DNA of 64,000 nt from Andalucia godoyi And28. Its lineage: Eukaryota; Protista; Jakobida. Position numbers and translations under genes: made by a program. The stretch is taken from the NCBI GenBank assembly GCA_009859145.1, contig VRVR01000042.1, positions 1-64,000 on the forward strand. Reading direction: 5' to 3'. Below the pieces are notes generated by a model. That model had not been told where the DNA came from. It saw only the letters and a program-made list of their open reading frames with translations, and did not search any database. Below, in pieces: positions 18,746 through 29,532 of this stretch (its first letter is position 1; each line of letters starts with the position of its first letter).

Positions 18746-21625
18746 CTACTTTGGGCCCTGGGCATTGAGACGGTCTAGGATCTGTCGCTTTCCCAAACCA
18801 ATGACATTTCGCAAATTGCTCCCGACTCGCTTGCTTGCATGTACAGTGGTTGTTCTGGAGCGGGATTCTGTAACATGAAGGGAAGCGTCATTCACACCGG
18901 CCACCGCATGCTCGTCAACATGGCGATGAGACGCGCTCTGAAGCTGCTTCTCTCGCTCAACCGCTACCTTCAGTTGTTCCTCCGCCGACAGATGCTGCAG
19001 GGCGGAGACATTCCTTGCCGAAACCCCGGATGCGATGCTCCATCCTCGCTTCACAAGAGTTTCTTGCCACGCGGACGCCACAGAAGGCGCTGCTTCAAAC
19101 TTGGAGTCAATGCAATCGTCAATCATAGCAGAAGCAGAAGCAGAAGCAGAAGCATAAGACGATGGTAATGGCGATGGTAATGGCGATGAAGGAGAAGCCG
19201 AACCAAGTCGTAGGCCACTTGAATCGCGGCTCCCGGCCGAGTCTCGGTGAGTCGTTATTGCTGATTTTGAATCCACGAAAGTCCGCGTTGGTAGAGACAC
19301 GTGTTTCGGAGCCGTTGAAGTTTCAGGAGCACCCGCCGAAAGCAGCAAGGGCGCGGAAGCCCGGTGGGACGCCGAGCTTTTGTAGACCACGCCAATGCTG
19401 GCTTGCATCGAATCGACGTTGCTGGGACGGCAGAATGGCAGCAGGCGCGGATTTGATACACCCGACCCATGAGGTGCTGCAAGTTGTCGATTTCGTTTCC
19501 CTGTTCCTCTTCCTGTTGGTTCTGGATGCGGCTCGCTGCACAAGAATTCGTGCTCCAATGGTAGGCTGCCCAGTTCAGACGCAGCTGAATCAGCGGAAGG
19601 GGTCTGTTGGCCAGGAGACTGCGGAAGCGGGAGCGAAGGTCGTGCAGATGCACGCGCGCCGACCCGTGGTTTGTTCGAATCGACGGTTTCAAAACTTACT
19701 TTGCGGACTCCCCGGATCTCAGCCGCAGCTGAATCGAGACTTGGCCGCGCATCACGGTCTGCGGAAGCCCTCTTCAGCGACGGCGGTGGCACGGCGGAGG
19801 CGGCGCGAGGCTCATCACCTGAGGAGGACGGAGCCACTTCGACAACGCCAACGCTTGATTCACGACAAGTGTCGGCTGAAGCACTGGAGACCGTGTACTC
19901 CGAGAACCCGCCCGATCGTTCGAAGAGTGTCGAGGGGTTTCTTTCTGACGGCGAGATGTATCTCACACTTTCGGAACACGCACCAGCAGTTTCAGGCCTC
20001 GTAGAACGTTCGCTGCTGTCCACGTCATTCTGCACGAGGGATTCAGTAGACTCTCGAACGTCTTCAAAGAGGCCGGCGGCGGGTTGATGGAGAACCGTTT
20101 CGGACTGACTGCTGCCGTTCGAAGATGATCGAGTCGTGGAGGGTACCACGGAAACAGCACGGATCGATTCAACCACCGGCGATTCTGACCACCCTGGGCG
20201 GCTCCGCTCGGTGTCCAGTGCGACTCCTTTTGGGACTGCGTTTCCGTAGTGTGCACAGGACTCGTTCTCTGCCGCGGAAAAAGCCGCGGAAAATCGCTGG
20301 ACTTCATTTTCCGCATTCGTCACGATTGGTTGATTTCTGTACTTCTCTGCAGCACGGTGACTCGCAGTCCCTGCAGAATGACGCTGTAAAGTTTCCATCA
20401 TCGGATCCACCGAGACATAATCCTCCTCGAGAGCAGAACGGAGGTCAGAGTTTGCCGACATTTGCCGCTGTCGATTCTTGTTTCTGGAGCGCATCAACGC
20501 CGAGGTCCTGCGGTCTGCCATTGCATCTCCGGATTTTCGTGGAACCAGGAGCTCCTCCTCGACAGGCTGACCACCCTCCACTGGCCGAAAAGACGCTGCA
20601 GGCCCTGCGGATTCCAAGTCGTAGGGCCAGGTGCTGGCATCCCTGACACTAGAAACAGTGCTCTGAGGGGAGAGCTCAGCAGGGCTCTCGGAAGGAAACT
20701 GGCCTGGATAGGAGATGTTCGTGGAACAGCAGGTCCTCGGACCATGTGCATGTGCACTCAAGGACAACATTCCGGGCTCCGACGCAAGAACTCTATTGCC
20801 TTGCAGCCCAACTGGTGCATTTGAAGCATTTCCTACAAGGATTTGAGGTAGGTCCACAGCTTCAGTGTTCGGAATTGCGCCCTTTGGTTTCGTGAAGACA
20901 GCGGTCGAGGCTGTTCTGGGGGGACGACCGTGGTCAGACACGCCTTGGATAGCCCTGTCTTGCGATTTGACGTCGACGTCCTCCGCCTGCATTCCGATGT
21001 CGCTGCGAATGGGGCTGTAAAAGATTGGAGGGATCGCAATCTGGCTGCGAGAAGCATCCGTCGTTGATCCACTGGACCGTGCAGGCTTCGGAGCAATTCG
21101 TTTTCCAACTGGCGGCTCGGGCATGCTGCCCGACGAATGCTGGACCATTGGGCTCCCCTTCACGCTCTTGCTTGCGTTAATCAACGCAAATACATTTGAA
21201 TTAATGGCAAAGGCTGTCTGACCGTCCTTTCGTGATGGATCTCGCCAATCCAGACAAACGGTGCGCGACATGAATGTCAGAACAACGAGGAATCCAAGCA
21301 CAAAGAAGACGTACCAATAGCACGTCATGAAATCGTCGAAAGACGACCAACATTGGCACGAACCAAACGTTGCACTTGTGTCATATGTCACAAGCAAAGC
21401 TCTTCCAGTTCTTTTTTGTGCTTCGTCGACGATCACGTTCGGCTGCGGTACTGGCGGCGAATTCGATTGCAGATCAAGAGTGTTGGATCGCGAATCTAGG
21501 ATTTGAACCACACCACACAATGCACAAGTAAAAATGACGAAAAACTGAAGTGCCAACTGAAACAGCACTCTGCGGCAGGAGCGGTGGTCTTCGAGCTTTA
21601 CAGGCCCGTGCATATTCTCCCTCAT
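18746..21625 (-). CDS. Hypothetical protein: two N-terminal TM helices and a long Ser/Ala/Pro-rich disordered tail
   Basis: ORF over 2.8 kb; first ATG at 21625; hydrophobic LALQFFVIFTCALCGVV and YWYVFFVLGFLVVLTFM. Confidence 0.8.
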   Translation of the reverse strand: MRENMHGPVKLEDHRSCRRVLFQLALQFFVIFTCALCGVVQILDSRSNTLDLQSNSPPVPQPNVIVDEAQKRTGRALLVTYDTSATFGSCQCWSSFDDFMTCYWYVFFVLGFLVVLTFMSRTVCLDWRDPSRKDGQTAFAINSNVFALINASKSVKGSPMVQHSSGSMPEPPVGKRIAPKPARSSGSTTDASRSQIAIPPIFYSPIRSDIGMQAEDVDVKSQDRAIQGVSDHGRPPRTASTAVFTKPKGAIPNTEAVDLPQILVGNASNAPVGLQGNRVLASEPGMLSLSAHAHGPRTCCSTNISYPGQFPSESPAELSPQSTVSSVRDASTWPYDLESAGPAASFRPVEGGQPVEEELLVPRKSGDAMADRRTSALMRSRNKNRQRQMSANSDLRSALEEDYVSVDPMMETLQRHSAGTASHRAAEKYRNQPIVTNAENEVQRFSAAFSAAENESCAHYGNAVPKGVALDTERSRPGWSESPVVESIRAVSVVPSTTRSSSNGSSQSETVLHQPAAGLFEDVRESTESLVQNDVDSSERSTRPETAGACSESVRYISPSERNPSTLFERSGGFSEYTVSSASADTCRESSVGVVEVAPSSSGDEPRAASAVPPPSLKRASADRDARPSLDSAAAEIRGVRKVSFETVDSNKPRVGARASARPSLPLPQSPGQQTPSADSAASELGSLPLEHEFLCSEPHPEPTGRGTGKRNRQLAAPHGSGVSNPRLLPFCRPSNVDSMQASIGVVYKSSASHRASAPLLLSAGAPETSTAPKHVSLPTRTFVDSKSAITTHRDSAGSRDSSGLRLGSASPSSPLPSPLPSSYASASASASAMIDDCIDSKFEAAPSVASAWQETLVKRGWSIASGVSARNVSALQHLSAEEQLKVAVEREKQLQSASHRHVDEHAVAGVNDASLHVTESRSRTTTVHASKRVGSNLRNVIGLGKRQILDRLNAQGPK

Positions 21626-22225
21626 TTTTCTCACTCCAAACACTACACGCGCACAAATTGACAAAACAAAAACGAAACGTCAATATACCAAAAAAAAGAC
21701 AACAAACACAAAAAGACAAAAGACTTCTGCTACGCAAACAATCGTTATCAAGAAGCTGCATTTTTGCACTGAAAGATGCTGATGAAAGTGCAGCGTGAGC
21801 GTGGAAAGGAAATCGTTTGCGATTTTTGACACACCAGCCAGAAAAAGCAGGAAACGATTGATGATTGTGTGTTTTTGGACTGACCTGCACGGACAGCCGC
21901 AAGTCAGCTGCGATCAGTGATCAAACGGACAACCACGAAAGAGCATCTTCCTAGATCTGCGCATTACCAGAACAGCGTGCACAAGCAGACGATATGCTGA
22001 CCACGGATCCGTCAGTCGTTCACCACTCACCAGTTCTCCCCTCCCCGAAAGCTCGATCTTTCTGGTTTGAACTTCTGAAGAACCAAGGCGTTTTCAGTCT
22101 GTCTCGGTCTGTTTTCTCCAGCCCACACCGGCCTCCTTCTCCGTTTCTCAACGCCATCCTTTCGAGCCATTTTCCCCTCCTCCTCCCGCCAACAGTAACG
22201 CATCTTCGCCTGTTCTCACTATCCT

Positions 22226-23110
22226 ATGCAGCGTGCTTCTCCCAGTTCAAGACCGAGTTCGCGGGTAGCTGTCGGGACTCCTTTACCGGCGCCTGCATCG
22301 CCAAAGTCAAGACCCGGAACTGCAGCCGCTGGACATCGAAAGCAGCCGGCGACGAATCCGCAGTCGCCGTCGACGATGAAACCGTCCAACAGCCAAATAC
22401 GCCCGAGCCACCCCGTTTCAAAGTTTGAAATGCTCTCTGCCAAGCTCGCGCAACACGATCCAAAGAGCAGGGCCTCGGCGGCCGCATCAGCGGCGGACTA
22501 TGCGCGTCCATTGGGGCGGCGCGCAAGCATATCGAGTGTTGCATTGCGGAGACACTCTGCGAGGTCTCGTGGACTTGGCCCATGTCCTGTTTGCAGTATG
22601 GATGCGGCGCAGCCTGGGTGTGATCTTACATTCCGAATGATACTCGTCGAGCAGTACATGAGCAAATTTCACAGACCCGGCGCAGGCAAAGCGAACCGGC
22701 CGCACAGTTCATATGGGAGAGCACGATCTGCAACGAGTTCCGAGTTCAAATCGCTCACAAAAGAAGACTTGGTGGCATCCCTGATGGATGATATCCCGCA
22801 AGTTATTCTGGACAATGACGAACTCTTGCGAGAGACAAGAACACCGTCGATGCTTGCCGATTGTCTGGATGACGACGACTTTCTCGAAAAGCGACTCGCT
22901 GTGTGTGATCTGTGCTTACTGCGGTACAACGACGCTTACATGTCGTACGTGTCATCCCCTTATGTCCTCGATATTTTGAAAACTGGCAAACGCAGATCGA
23001 CGGTGGTCACTTCCAGCGTCATCATGGATGAAAACGTGCAACCGCAAGAAGGCGATCTCCAAGACACCCAGTCGTCCTTTTTCATTACTTCTGGTGGGAT
23101 GGATCTATAG
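22226..23110 (+). CDS. Hypothetical protein (294 aa) with two CxxC pairs
   Basis: ATG ORF; CPVC and CDLC; low-complexity N-terminus. Confidence 0.75.
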   Translation: MQRASPSSRPSSRVAVGTPLPAPASPKSRPGTAAAGHRKQPATNPQSPSTMKPSNSQIRPSHPVSKFEMLSAKLAQHDPKSRASAAASAADYARPLGRRASISSVALRRHSARSRGLGPCPVCSMDAAQPGCDLTFRMILVEQYMSKFHRPGAGKANRPHSSYGRARSATSSEFKSLTKEDLVASLMDDIPQVILDNDELLRETRTPSMLADCLDDDDFLEKRLAVCDLCLLRYNDAYMSYVSSPYVLDILKTGKRRSTVVTSSVIMDENVQPQEGDLQDTQSSFFITSGGMDL

Positions 23111-23266
23111 CCCATGCCACTGAGCCGTCGATGCAACAAAAGAAGCCGATGAGCATAGTGCTCGCTTCCCATCTTTTTCCTCCGTCCTCTTGTTCTTGCC
23201 CATTTCCCTCGCATCCCAGTCACATTCTTTTTCTCAATCTTTTTTTTACCGTCATACCCGTAATCA

Positions 23267-23995
23267 TTAAAACTTTCCGACGTCGAGAACAGAACCTGGC
23301 AGGAACTCCACAATGTCTGGACTGGTATCTGAGGCAGCCTTGATCCAGACTGCCGATGCGCCACCAAGCACTCTCGCAGAGTCGCCGTCAACATGCAGAA
23401 CAGATCCTTCATACATACCGAGCACCGGTCTTCCGCCATTGTCTTCCTGGAACTGCTGCAGCCTGGCCATGCGCGACTCTCCCATGTGTTTGCTTCCCTC
23501 GGGTTTGAAATCCACAAAGTGCGGGTTGATCTGAAGGTCCACCAGCTTCAGCGCGTCAAACGACGGTGGGTAAACTATAGGCATGTCGTTCGTCGTCCGG
23601 ATACTTGCACCAGCAACATTCGTTCCCGCCGACGACCCTATGTACAGCATTTCTCCATTCAAGACGCGTTCTCGAATAACCTCGAATATTCGCGTCTGAT
23701 ACAGGGAATTCAGCAATCGGAAGGTGTTGCCACCACCAACAAAAACAGCAGGCGCAGCCTTCACAGCAGCAATCGGATCGGTGCAAGTGTGGATCGACGT
23801 GCATTCAATCCCCATCGAATCAAACGCCTTTCGAGCCTTCGACGCATAACTGTCGTAATCCGCTAGTGCAAATGGCACAAACAGCACAGACGACACTCCG
23901 TTTTCCCTGAAAAACCGCTGGATAACCGACGAACAGTACTCTAAATATCCGGATCCAAACACTGTGGACGTGGAAAGCAGCAGAACCTTTCGCAT
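23267..23995 (-). CDS. pepE: Alpha-aspartyl dipeptidase (peptidase E, family S51)
   Basis: FVPFA, VFVGGGNTFRLL, YIGSSAG (nucleophile Ser), TTNDMPIV, INPHF, HMGESR. Confidence 0.95.
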   Translation of the reverse strand: MRKVLLLSTSTVFGSGYLEYCSSVIQRFFRENGVSSVLFVPFALADYDSYASKARKAFDSMGIECTSIHTCTDPIAAVKAAPAVFVGGGNTFRLLNSLYQTRIFEVIRERVLNGEMLYIGSSAGTNVAGASIRTTNDMPIVYPPSFDALKLVDLQINPHFVDFKPEGSKHMGESRMARLQQFQEDNGGRPVLGMYEGSVLHVDGDSARVLGGASAVWIKAASDTSPDIVEFLPGSVLDVGKF

Positions 23996-24346
23996 AATTT
24001 AAATTTACAAATACTGTCTCTTTTTTCCGCCCCTCCTCCTCCTTCTTCTCTGCTTGCTCAGCGGACCCATTGGACAAATGATGCTGTCCCTCGTTTCCCC
24101 AAGTCTCCAAAGCCCATCTGCATCCCCCCGAGTTCGAGAAACTGGAAGCATCAAGCCGTGCAGTCTCAATCAACTTTTTTTAAGAGATGCTGCTGCTCTC
24201 GTGCGAAGGCGTTCCTGTCCCGTCTTTTTGGCTTTGAATGTTTTCCTCAGCAGAATCCGTTCTTCTTCGTCTCCTTCTTTGGCTCCGTCTTCTCAATCAG
24301 TAAGTTCTTATATTTTTTGTTAGCAGGCTAGGACATCGCAGAAGGC

Positions 24347-24538
24347 ATGTTTTGCAGTGTCCGTGAATGCCATGGATCGACGGCTGCAGAGCTAGTTGCA
24401 TATTCAACGTTTACAGGCAAATCGGACAAAAACATCCTTGTCGCTCGGAGGAATGCATTGGATGTGTATAGAATAACATCCTCTCCTGTGTTTTTCCACG
24501 ACTCGAATCATGGAGAGCATAGCAAAGAACATGACCAA

Positions 24539-24577
<39 letters not shown>

Positions 24578-27500
24578 CGGCACCAAGAAGATCAAAGAGA
24601 GCGAGGAAAAGAGACGATGGAGCTTGTAAAATCGTTTGCGTTGAATGGAGTGCCATCGTCAATGCTGGCCTTTCGTTCTCCGGGCCGCTCGACGGACTAT
24701 CTGATGTTGTCATTTCTGAATGCAAAGGTGTCTGTTGTGGAGTACGACCAGTCGTCACAAGACATCAAAACTGTGTCATTGCACTTCCTCGAGGAGCCGT
24801 GGATGGTGAACTCGAAAGCAACGTTTGCATCCACACCCGTCTTTCGCGCGGATCCGGATGGCCGCTGCGCTTGTTTCTTGGCATACGACTCCAAAATGGT
24901 AATCCTTCCGTTTGATGGCTCGTCGCTTCAAGATTTGAGGATGATTGGGAAGCGGAGACGGTTGCGCTCGGATGTTGACGACCTTGATCTTCCGGTGCGT
25001 AGAAATCTCGTAATTGACTTGGACTCCGACTTTGGCATCCGAAATGTCAAGGACTACGTGTTTTTGGATGGATACCTGGACCCAACGCTGCTCATCCTCC
25101 ACGAGCCAAATCCGACTTGGACAGGCAGATTGGCCGTGCGCAGGGATACGTGCGTCATTTCTGCACTTACTTTGCGTTTGGACTCCGCGGAAAAACCTGC
25201 GATCGCTACCTGGTTCAAGCCGAACTTGCCACATGACTGCACGTTTGTGCTTTCAGTGCCCACGCCGCAGTCTGGCGTCGTTGTCTGCGGCCCAAACTCC
25301 ATGTTTTATGCAAATCAAACATCTCTCAGCGGCTTCTCGCTCAATGACTATGCGATCGCGGATTGGCCGGAGTCAATCCAGCTGGTTCCTGTGAACAAGA
25401 CATGCTCGTTTGCTGGCGCCACGTTCTTGCTCATTGATCAGACAACTGTATTGGTCTCCCTTCCCGACGGCCAGTACCATCTGGCGTCGCTTGTTTTCGA
25501 GGGTCGGTCTGTCCGGCAGATCCGTATTTCTCAGCTGGGAACAGCGTCCGTTGCTTCCTCCATGGTACTAGCGCACGAGAATCACTTGTTTATTGGCTCT
25601 CGAATGAGTGATTCGCTATTGCTCAAGTTCGAAAAACAACTGGTATCTGCCAAGGATGAAAAGGCGGAAGACGCGACTGCTGCGGAAACGGAGGATCTCC
25701 CAAAACCTGCAGATGCCGACGAAAAGAATGGACACCAAGATGCGGAGGGCGCCGAGAACCCCGCGGATATCGCAGAAGAGGATGCAAAAAGTACAGTGGA
25801 CGAATCGACAAAGAAGGCTCCGGAAAAGGGCCCGAATGATCCCATGGAAGTTTTTTCTTTTCCTCCGCATAGAGATGCGCCGTACAAGTTTGAGCTTGTC
25901 GACATCATCGGAAATCCCGGACCAATCATTGATTTGGCGAACGGATTTATCGGAGAAGTCAATGCCAAGCAGACGGCGCTTGCAACAATTCGCAGTTCAG
26001 GACAGACGAGCTCCGTTGGATTGCTGCAGCGTGCAGTGGTTCCCAATTTGCGACTGACGATTGAGGGAGACTATTTGAATTCGTGGTCAATTCGCACATC
26101 GGGATCAGGACCCAATCACAGTTTTATTGTGTGCAGAAAACTGGACGGTCTTTCCGTTTTCCAGACAGCCACAGACGTGCACGAGGTGGATCACAAGTTG
26201 TTCCACTTCGATGTGGACTCTCCAACCGTGTACATTTCCAATGTTGGCAAGCTGGATGATTTCATTGTGCAAGTGTGTGAAAAGTCTTTGGTAGTACTTC
26301 GAGGCGCTCGAGCCGTGGAGCGGGCTGTCTTCCCTGGTAACGAGCAAGCGTACAGTGCGACTATGCTGCAGTCGACGCTATTTGTGCTGACAAAACGCGG
26401 AAATGTTCTCATATACATTTTTGAGAACAATCGCTTTCGCATGCAGCAGCATCCCTTCATCCCTGTTGGGGCGAAGCGAGGACAGGTCACGTCGATTTCA
26501 CCGCTGTTGGTGGACAGAGTCTCGAAAGAACTTCGATCTGGAGAAGACATTCCAGACGACGACCTGGCTTCGACTGCAACGAAGAAGAAGGTTTTAAAGC
26601 TTGGGCAAAAGGACTTCAGAACCGTCAGTCTTGAAGTAGAACTGTTTGGAATGCCCTTGGAGGAGCTTCGACTGATTGAACAACAGAAAAAGGCTGCTGC
26701 TGCGGCGGCGGCAGCGGCTGCTGAAGCTTTCGCGCATGCGATGGATTTGGATGCTGATTCGAGCAACAAGGACCAAGAAGCCAGGGTGGATGGCAGGGAA
26801 GCATTTTTGCTGCTGTTTGTGTCGTTTTCCTCGGGTCTGATGTGCATCTACCGCGTGTCGGATGGTGCAGAAGTGTGGTCTTCTGCGCACCTCCTCTCCG
26901 GCCAGCATACTCTTCGCGACATGAAGAATTCATTGGCTGAGTTCCCTGCTGCGGACTCGGATATTGAATTCAAGGTTCCAGAAACTCCGAATTTGCGGAT
27001 ACCCAACATCGACGGTCCTGCAGAATCGTCATTGCTCGATGCGGGGCCGTCCGAATCGGATGGAATGCGTGCTTCCGGTGACGAGGTGGTGCTGAGTTTT
27101 GTAGAGTCGATGTGCGTTCGGTTTGTAGATGAACGGCTGTTATTCTTAGTTTCCCTGTCAACCAACGAAGTGTTTGCATACGTGTCCTTCTTTTTTGCAA
27201 AGCCTGGCGACAACTCGGGTACTCGATACTCGGGTCTGTCATTTTCGAGAATTGCGCTTCCGGTGACCCATCGAGATTTCAGCATCGGTGAAATGTCGAT
27301 TGGCATTCCGTTTGTGCGCACTGTGACGCCTTCCGACACCCAGAGCATCTTTCAAATTCAAGCGACCACTGAAGATATGGGAAGCCTGTCGATGGCAGCG
27401 GCACGATCCTATATTCCGCGGTTTGTTCCATTTGACAATTTGCCGGAAAATCAGTTTGGCGCGATCTGGACGGGATTGCGGCCGTTGTTCTTTTTTGCAA

Positions 27501-29134
27501 ATCCGAAGTCCATTGTACGGTGCCATCCCCTAGCATTTGGTCTTTTCGAATCCCCCTCGTCCACAATCATGCCGATTTCGTCGCTACGATTGTTTTCCTC
27601 TACATCTCTCAATGCGATTCGAAGCTTCTGCCAGTTTTCGAATTACCACATTTGTCACCATGGATTCACGGTCGTTGACCAGCGAGGACGCCTGCGAGTC
27701 TGTGAACTTTCGCAGCACTTTGACTACTCGAGTTTTGACTGGCCGTTCCGGTCGGTTCCCCTCCATGGCTGGTCTCCAACCACAATCTTGTATCATGCCC
27801 GATCGCATACGTTTGCTGTTGGTGTGTACAAGCCAGTGCCGCGTCCGAGACCGTCCGACGAGCTTACGCTGTTTGATGAGGGAAATCGCTATAATCCAGC
27901 CATTCCGATTATCAATGTCACAGATCCTTCGCTCCGTCTGCCGAATTTGTGGAACCACAAGTTCGAGCTTCGTTTGTACTCTGCCAGTGACTGGAGCTTT
28001 CTTGATCGTTTCGAGATTGCCAATTTCCATCAACTGTTGACCACGAACGTTGTTCATCTTGCTGGTCAAAATCAAGATGGGAAGCTTGATACCAATGTTC
28101 TTGTCGAATGCCTGGCACTTGGCGCAGCCAATTTTGATGGAGAGGATATCCACACAAAGGGCCGCCTGACCTTGCTTCGTGTTGTCGAATCTCGGTCCGT
28201 CCGCACTCAGGATGCGGAAGCAGAAGACACGAAGCGCGGAAGACATCGCTTTCTCCATCTTCTGACGGATGACATCACGTATGGTCCGGTTACTGCGCTG
28301 GATTCCATGGATGGCATGCTGTTGTTGACGGCCGGTCGAAAGCTGTACCTTTACGAGTACAACTGGGTGGAAAGACGTCTCGACATCGATGCCTTTCTGG
28401 ACATTGACTATTTCACAACCGGGATGTCCAAGATTCGACAATATGTGCTGCTCGGCGACGTGCAGCGCGGATTTCTTGTTGTGCGATGGAGACCGCAAGG
28501 GCGGGTTTTCAAGGCTCTCTGCCATGATCCGATCTCAAACAATGGCCGCTCTTCTGCAGTGGAGTACTTGATCGACGACCAGGTGATGTACATGACATGC
28601 GCAGACGAAGAGCACAACGTTCTGTCATTCACGTTCACCCAAACCAACGTGCTCGAAAAGGAGTCTGAGCGTGGATTGCCTGCAACGCTCGTTTCCGGTA
28701 TCCATGTAGGCCAGCGGATCAATCGCATGCTTCGTTTTGCATGCAAGCGCGTGAAAGGCGGGGCATATCCCGTATCGGCGAATCCACCCTTTCGAATGGG
28801 AATTCTGGGTGGATGTGCGTCGGGTGCATTGATCCAGATTGCACCCATTCCCGAGACGACGTATCGACGCCTTGTGTCGCTAAGTACGTTTATGCAGACT
28901 GGGGTCCCACAGGTTGCCGGTCTCCATCCTCGAGAATTCCGATCCGTTCACTCCAGCTCGATGGACAGAAAGGGAATGGTCAAGCGCGGCTGCTTGGACA
29001 TGGATCTTGTGTACCGGTTCCTCTCTCTCGATGCGCATCATCAACGCGATTTGGCTCGCCGAATTGGCGCGTCTGTCGAGTCTATCCGCGAGGGTATTGC
29101 AGAGATTGAAGTCCAGACCGGTGTATTGCAATAG
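24347..29134 (+). CDS. CPSF1: Cleavage and polyadenylation specificity factor 160-kDa subunit
   Basis: Uninterrupted 1595-aa ORF. NAKVSVVEYD..DIKTVSLHF.E, RADPDGRC, FLDGYLDPTLLILHE..TWTGR, LFIGSRMSDSLL, GEDIHTKGR, VAGLHPREFR, LDMDLVYRFLSL. Confidence 0.96.
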
Positions 29135-29239
29135 CTGCCATAGTCGCCCCCCGATCTATCCGTTTACTCTTATATTAAATTAAAAAAATGAGGTTTCACT
29201 ACGCTGCATTTTATTATTATTATTATTATTATTAGTTCG

Positions 29240-29394
29240 CCTGTCATACCCTGTAGTTCGAGACACATGATTCACGAAGGACTTGCCACGCCTACATTAT
29301 ACACTGAGTATGCATATCTACGAATAGACATGCATATTCAATCTTGCATCCCGTTGTCAGGAAGGGGATAGGGCCCCAACACGCCTCACGGCGC
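29240..29394 (-). ncRNA. Candidate Fanzor/TnpB omegaRNA scaffold
   Basis: Overlaps and follows the 3' end of the Fanzor2 remnant. Minus-strand hairpins: GCGCC-GUGA-GGCGU (GNRA), GGGG-CCCUAU-CCCC, and UGAAUAUGCAUGUCUA-UUCG-UAGAUAUGCAUACUCA. Boundaries are inferred. Confidence 0.6.
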
Positions 29395-29532
29395 TCTTCA
29401 GATAAATGTTCCGCGCTCCGTTCCCAATCTCGATCAATCTGCGAGCTGCACGCGGGACATGCAAACACTTTTCTTCCGCCGCTCGCGATACTCGGTCGCC
29501 TTATGGCACAAACGTTGCAAAAAGTGGACCCA
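29357..29532 (-). pseudogene. Fanzor2/IS607-TnpB C-terminal remnant (copy 1)
   Basis: WVHFLQRLCHKATEY, then a deletion, then GGRKVFACPACSSQIDRDW, then a +1 nt shift, then NGARNIYLKSAVRRVGALSPS*. Zinc-ribbon CxxC and the RuvC-III DRDxNGARNI motif are present. Confidence 0.88.

Noticed and set aside
19162-20004. Long antisense or alternate-frame ORFs (here and inside CPSF1, CFAP69, ABCA and RPT1)
   Set aside because: Shadows of longer recognisable CDSs in GC-balanced DNA; no motifs.
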